In this document: positions 25,361 to 26,533 of the stretch, in pieces
Layout of the letters: every line of letters starts with the position of its first letter
Position numbering within the stretch: the stretch's first letter is position 1
DNA from: a virus
Taxonomy: Duplodnaviria; Caudoviricetes
Virus record (IMG/VR): IMGVR_UViG_3300027571_000063
Coordinates: 1-26,533 of that record
Length of the DNA stretch: 26,533 nt
Strand: one strand, 5' to 3'
Notes under the pieces: model-generated
The model's database searches: none
Seen by the model: only the letters and a program-made list of their open reading frames with translations
What the model was told of the DNA's origin: nothing
Translations under genes and position numbers: made by a program

Positions 25361-25369
25361 ATCATGATC

Positions 25370-25519
25370 ATGACAAACGAAAATACCCCATTAGAAAAAG
25401 AGATCGCATATCTCGTAAAAGCAACTGGCAACTTGGTAACAGTATTAACACTCTGGTTTATCATTACACAAGTTTACGCTGGATTGGACTTTATAATGCA
25501 AAGTTTATTTGGAGTATAG
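25370..25519 (+). CDS. Small membrane protein (49 aa), first gene of the virion operon
   Basis: AAGGAG RBS (ATG 25364 or 25370); hydrophobic LVTVLTLWFIITQVYAGLDFIM. The 25133 start in the ORF track runs through terminators. Confidence 0.7.
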   Translation: MTNENTPLEKEIAYLVKATGNLVTVLTLWFIITQVYAGLDFIMQSLFGV

Positions 25520-25522
25520 TAT

Positions 25523-25849
25523 ATGGCCATATACAATATAACAGTTAACAGGAATGCGGATTTTACCAGAAGTTTCCAGGTTAAAATTGACGGTGTTCCT
25601 GTTGACATCGGCGGGTATCAGTTTGATGCCAGCCTTAAAGAGAATATTCACGAACCTGCTGGCGTAGCATTCACCACTGTAATTGCAAGTGCAGTGGATG
25701 GATTGTTTAACATCAGTTTGAGTGACACTACAACAGCCAGCATGAAGAGCGGAACATGGGTATACGATATCCTAATGACTGACACTGCTGGATTTAAAAC
25801 ACGCCTACTAGAGGGTCAGGCATTTGTTAAGGGTGGGGTAACACTATGA
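25523..25849 (+). CDS. BppU-N-like beta-sandwich fibre attachment/adaptor protein
   Basis: YNITVNRNADF...DGVPVDIGGY...GTWVYDI...RLLEGQAFV pattern; directly precedes the fibre gene. Confidence 0.7.
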   Translation: MAIYNITVNRNADFTRSFQVKIDGVPVDIGGYQFDASLKENIHEPAGVAFTTVIASAVDGLFNISLSDTTTASMKSGTWVYDILMTDTAGFKTRLLEGQAFVKGGVTL

Positions 25850-26533
25850 CAGTTTATACTACAGTCCCACAGGATGACAGCAATCTAGAAATCACTGTAA
25901 TTGAAAGTGATGATCTAGTAACACTGGATCTAAACAGTGCCAGTTTCAACCTTATTGGTGCCGTTAACAGTGTTAATGGACTACAGGGCGATGTTACACT
26001 GGAACTGGGCTTACCTGAAGCCGCAGTTCAAACACTTATTGACGACAGTATTGCCAGTATTGACTATCCAGTTGATACGGTTAATGGGCAAACTGGTGAT
26101 GTAGTACTAACCACAACTGAAGTAGCCGAAGGAGTAAACCAGTATTATACTGATGAACGAGTGGACACATACTTAACAGGTGGTGAAGTAACCAGCATTA
26201 ACTTTGGTGGTGCGACAAGTCTATCATGGAATAGTGATGAAGGCACACTGGAGTTTCCAGTCAACGCTGATGTAACACTGCAAGTTGGACAAGAGAATCT
26301 TATCCATGTTAAGAATCTGAGTGGAAGTACATTAAACAATGGTGCTGTTGTTCGTGTAACCGGTGCAAGTGGAAGCAAACTAACAGTTGACTTGGCAAAC
26401 AATACCAGTGATGCTGTCAGTGCAGATACAATTGCAGTCATGACACAATCATTGAACAACAATGCTGTTGGTTATGCAACAACTGAAGGTTTGGTGCGTG
26501 GACTCAATACAAGTAGTTATACTGAAGGTGCAG
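25846..26533 (+). CDS. Tail fibre, 5' part (continues at base 1), absent from the ORF track
   Basis: ATG 25846 (ATGA overlap), open to the window end. Fibre repeats VNSVNGLQGDVTL and VDTVNGQTGDVVL; in frame with 1..2367 via the overlap. Confidence 0.9.
   Translation, partial: MTVYTTVPQDDSNLEITVIESDDLVTLDLNSASFNLIGAVNSVNGLQGDVTLELGLPEAAVQTLIDDSIASIDYPVDTVNGQTGDVVLTTTEVAEGVNQYYTDERVDTYLTGGEVTSINFGGATSLSWNSDEGTLEFPVNADVTLQVGQENLIHVKNLSGSTLNNGAVVRVTGASGSKLTVDLANNTSDAVSADTIAVMTQSLNNNAVGYATTEGLVRGLNTSSYTEGA
26455..26533. repeat. Terminal direct repeat/circular overlap, right copy
   Basis: Matches 1-79 with one mismatch. Confidence 0.95.

Noticed and set aside
25133-25369. N-terminal 77-79 aa of the 128-aa ORF in the track
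   Set aside because: The ATG overlaps a -10 box, has no RBS and crosses a terminator; a strong AAGGAG precedes 25364/25370
1148-26462. All minus-strand and nested alternative-frame ORFs in the track (e.g. 8485..8991, 5156..5437, 17125..17409)
   Set aside because: They are shadows of well-supported + strand genes, with no RBS or recognisable motifs

Overview
The window is an apparently complete, circularly permuted ~26.45 kb tailed-phage (siphovirus-type) genome. A 79-bp terminal overlap (1-79 = 26455-26533, one mismatch) closes the circle inside a ~991-aa tail-fibre gene. Every credible gene is on the + strand. About 20 kb (25370 through the junction to 18968) is a full virion module: fibres, TerS/TerL, portal, scaffold, major capsid, connector, tail tube, tail chaperone with a -1 frameshift, tape measure, Dit-like, hub, NlpC/P60 and tip. 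The other ~6 kb holds an SF2-helicase-like putative replication initiator, an endonuclease VII-family nuclease, small unknown ORFs, three repeated promoter-gene-terminator cassettes and several short structured non-coding transcription units. I cannot recognise a DNA polymerase, primase, SSB, integrase, repressor, sigma factor, tRNA or endolysin. The leading hypothesis (inference) is a morphogenetically complete but helper-dependent phage that plugs into a T4-like/large phage. Support: T4-type late-promoter motifs ((TA)TAAATA) lie before many transcription units, one of them inside a T4-style RBS-sequestering hairpin, yet no gp55-like gene is visible; the capsid and tube genes use CTA for 24 of 26 Leu; and putative sRNAs expose anti-Shine-Dalgarno/anti-AUG sequences. 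A compact double-pseudoknot candidate precedes the helicase gene. All protein calls come from motif recognition and synteny; no database search or folding program was run.
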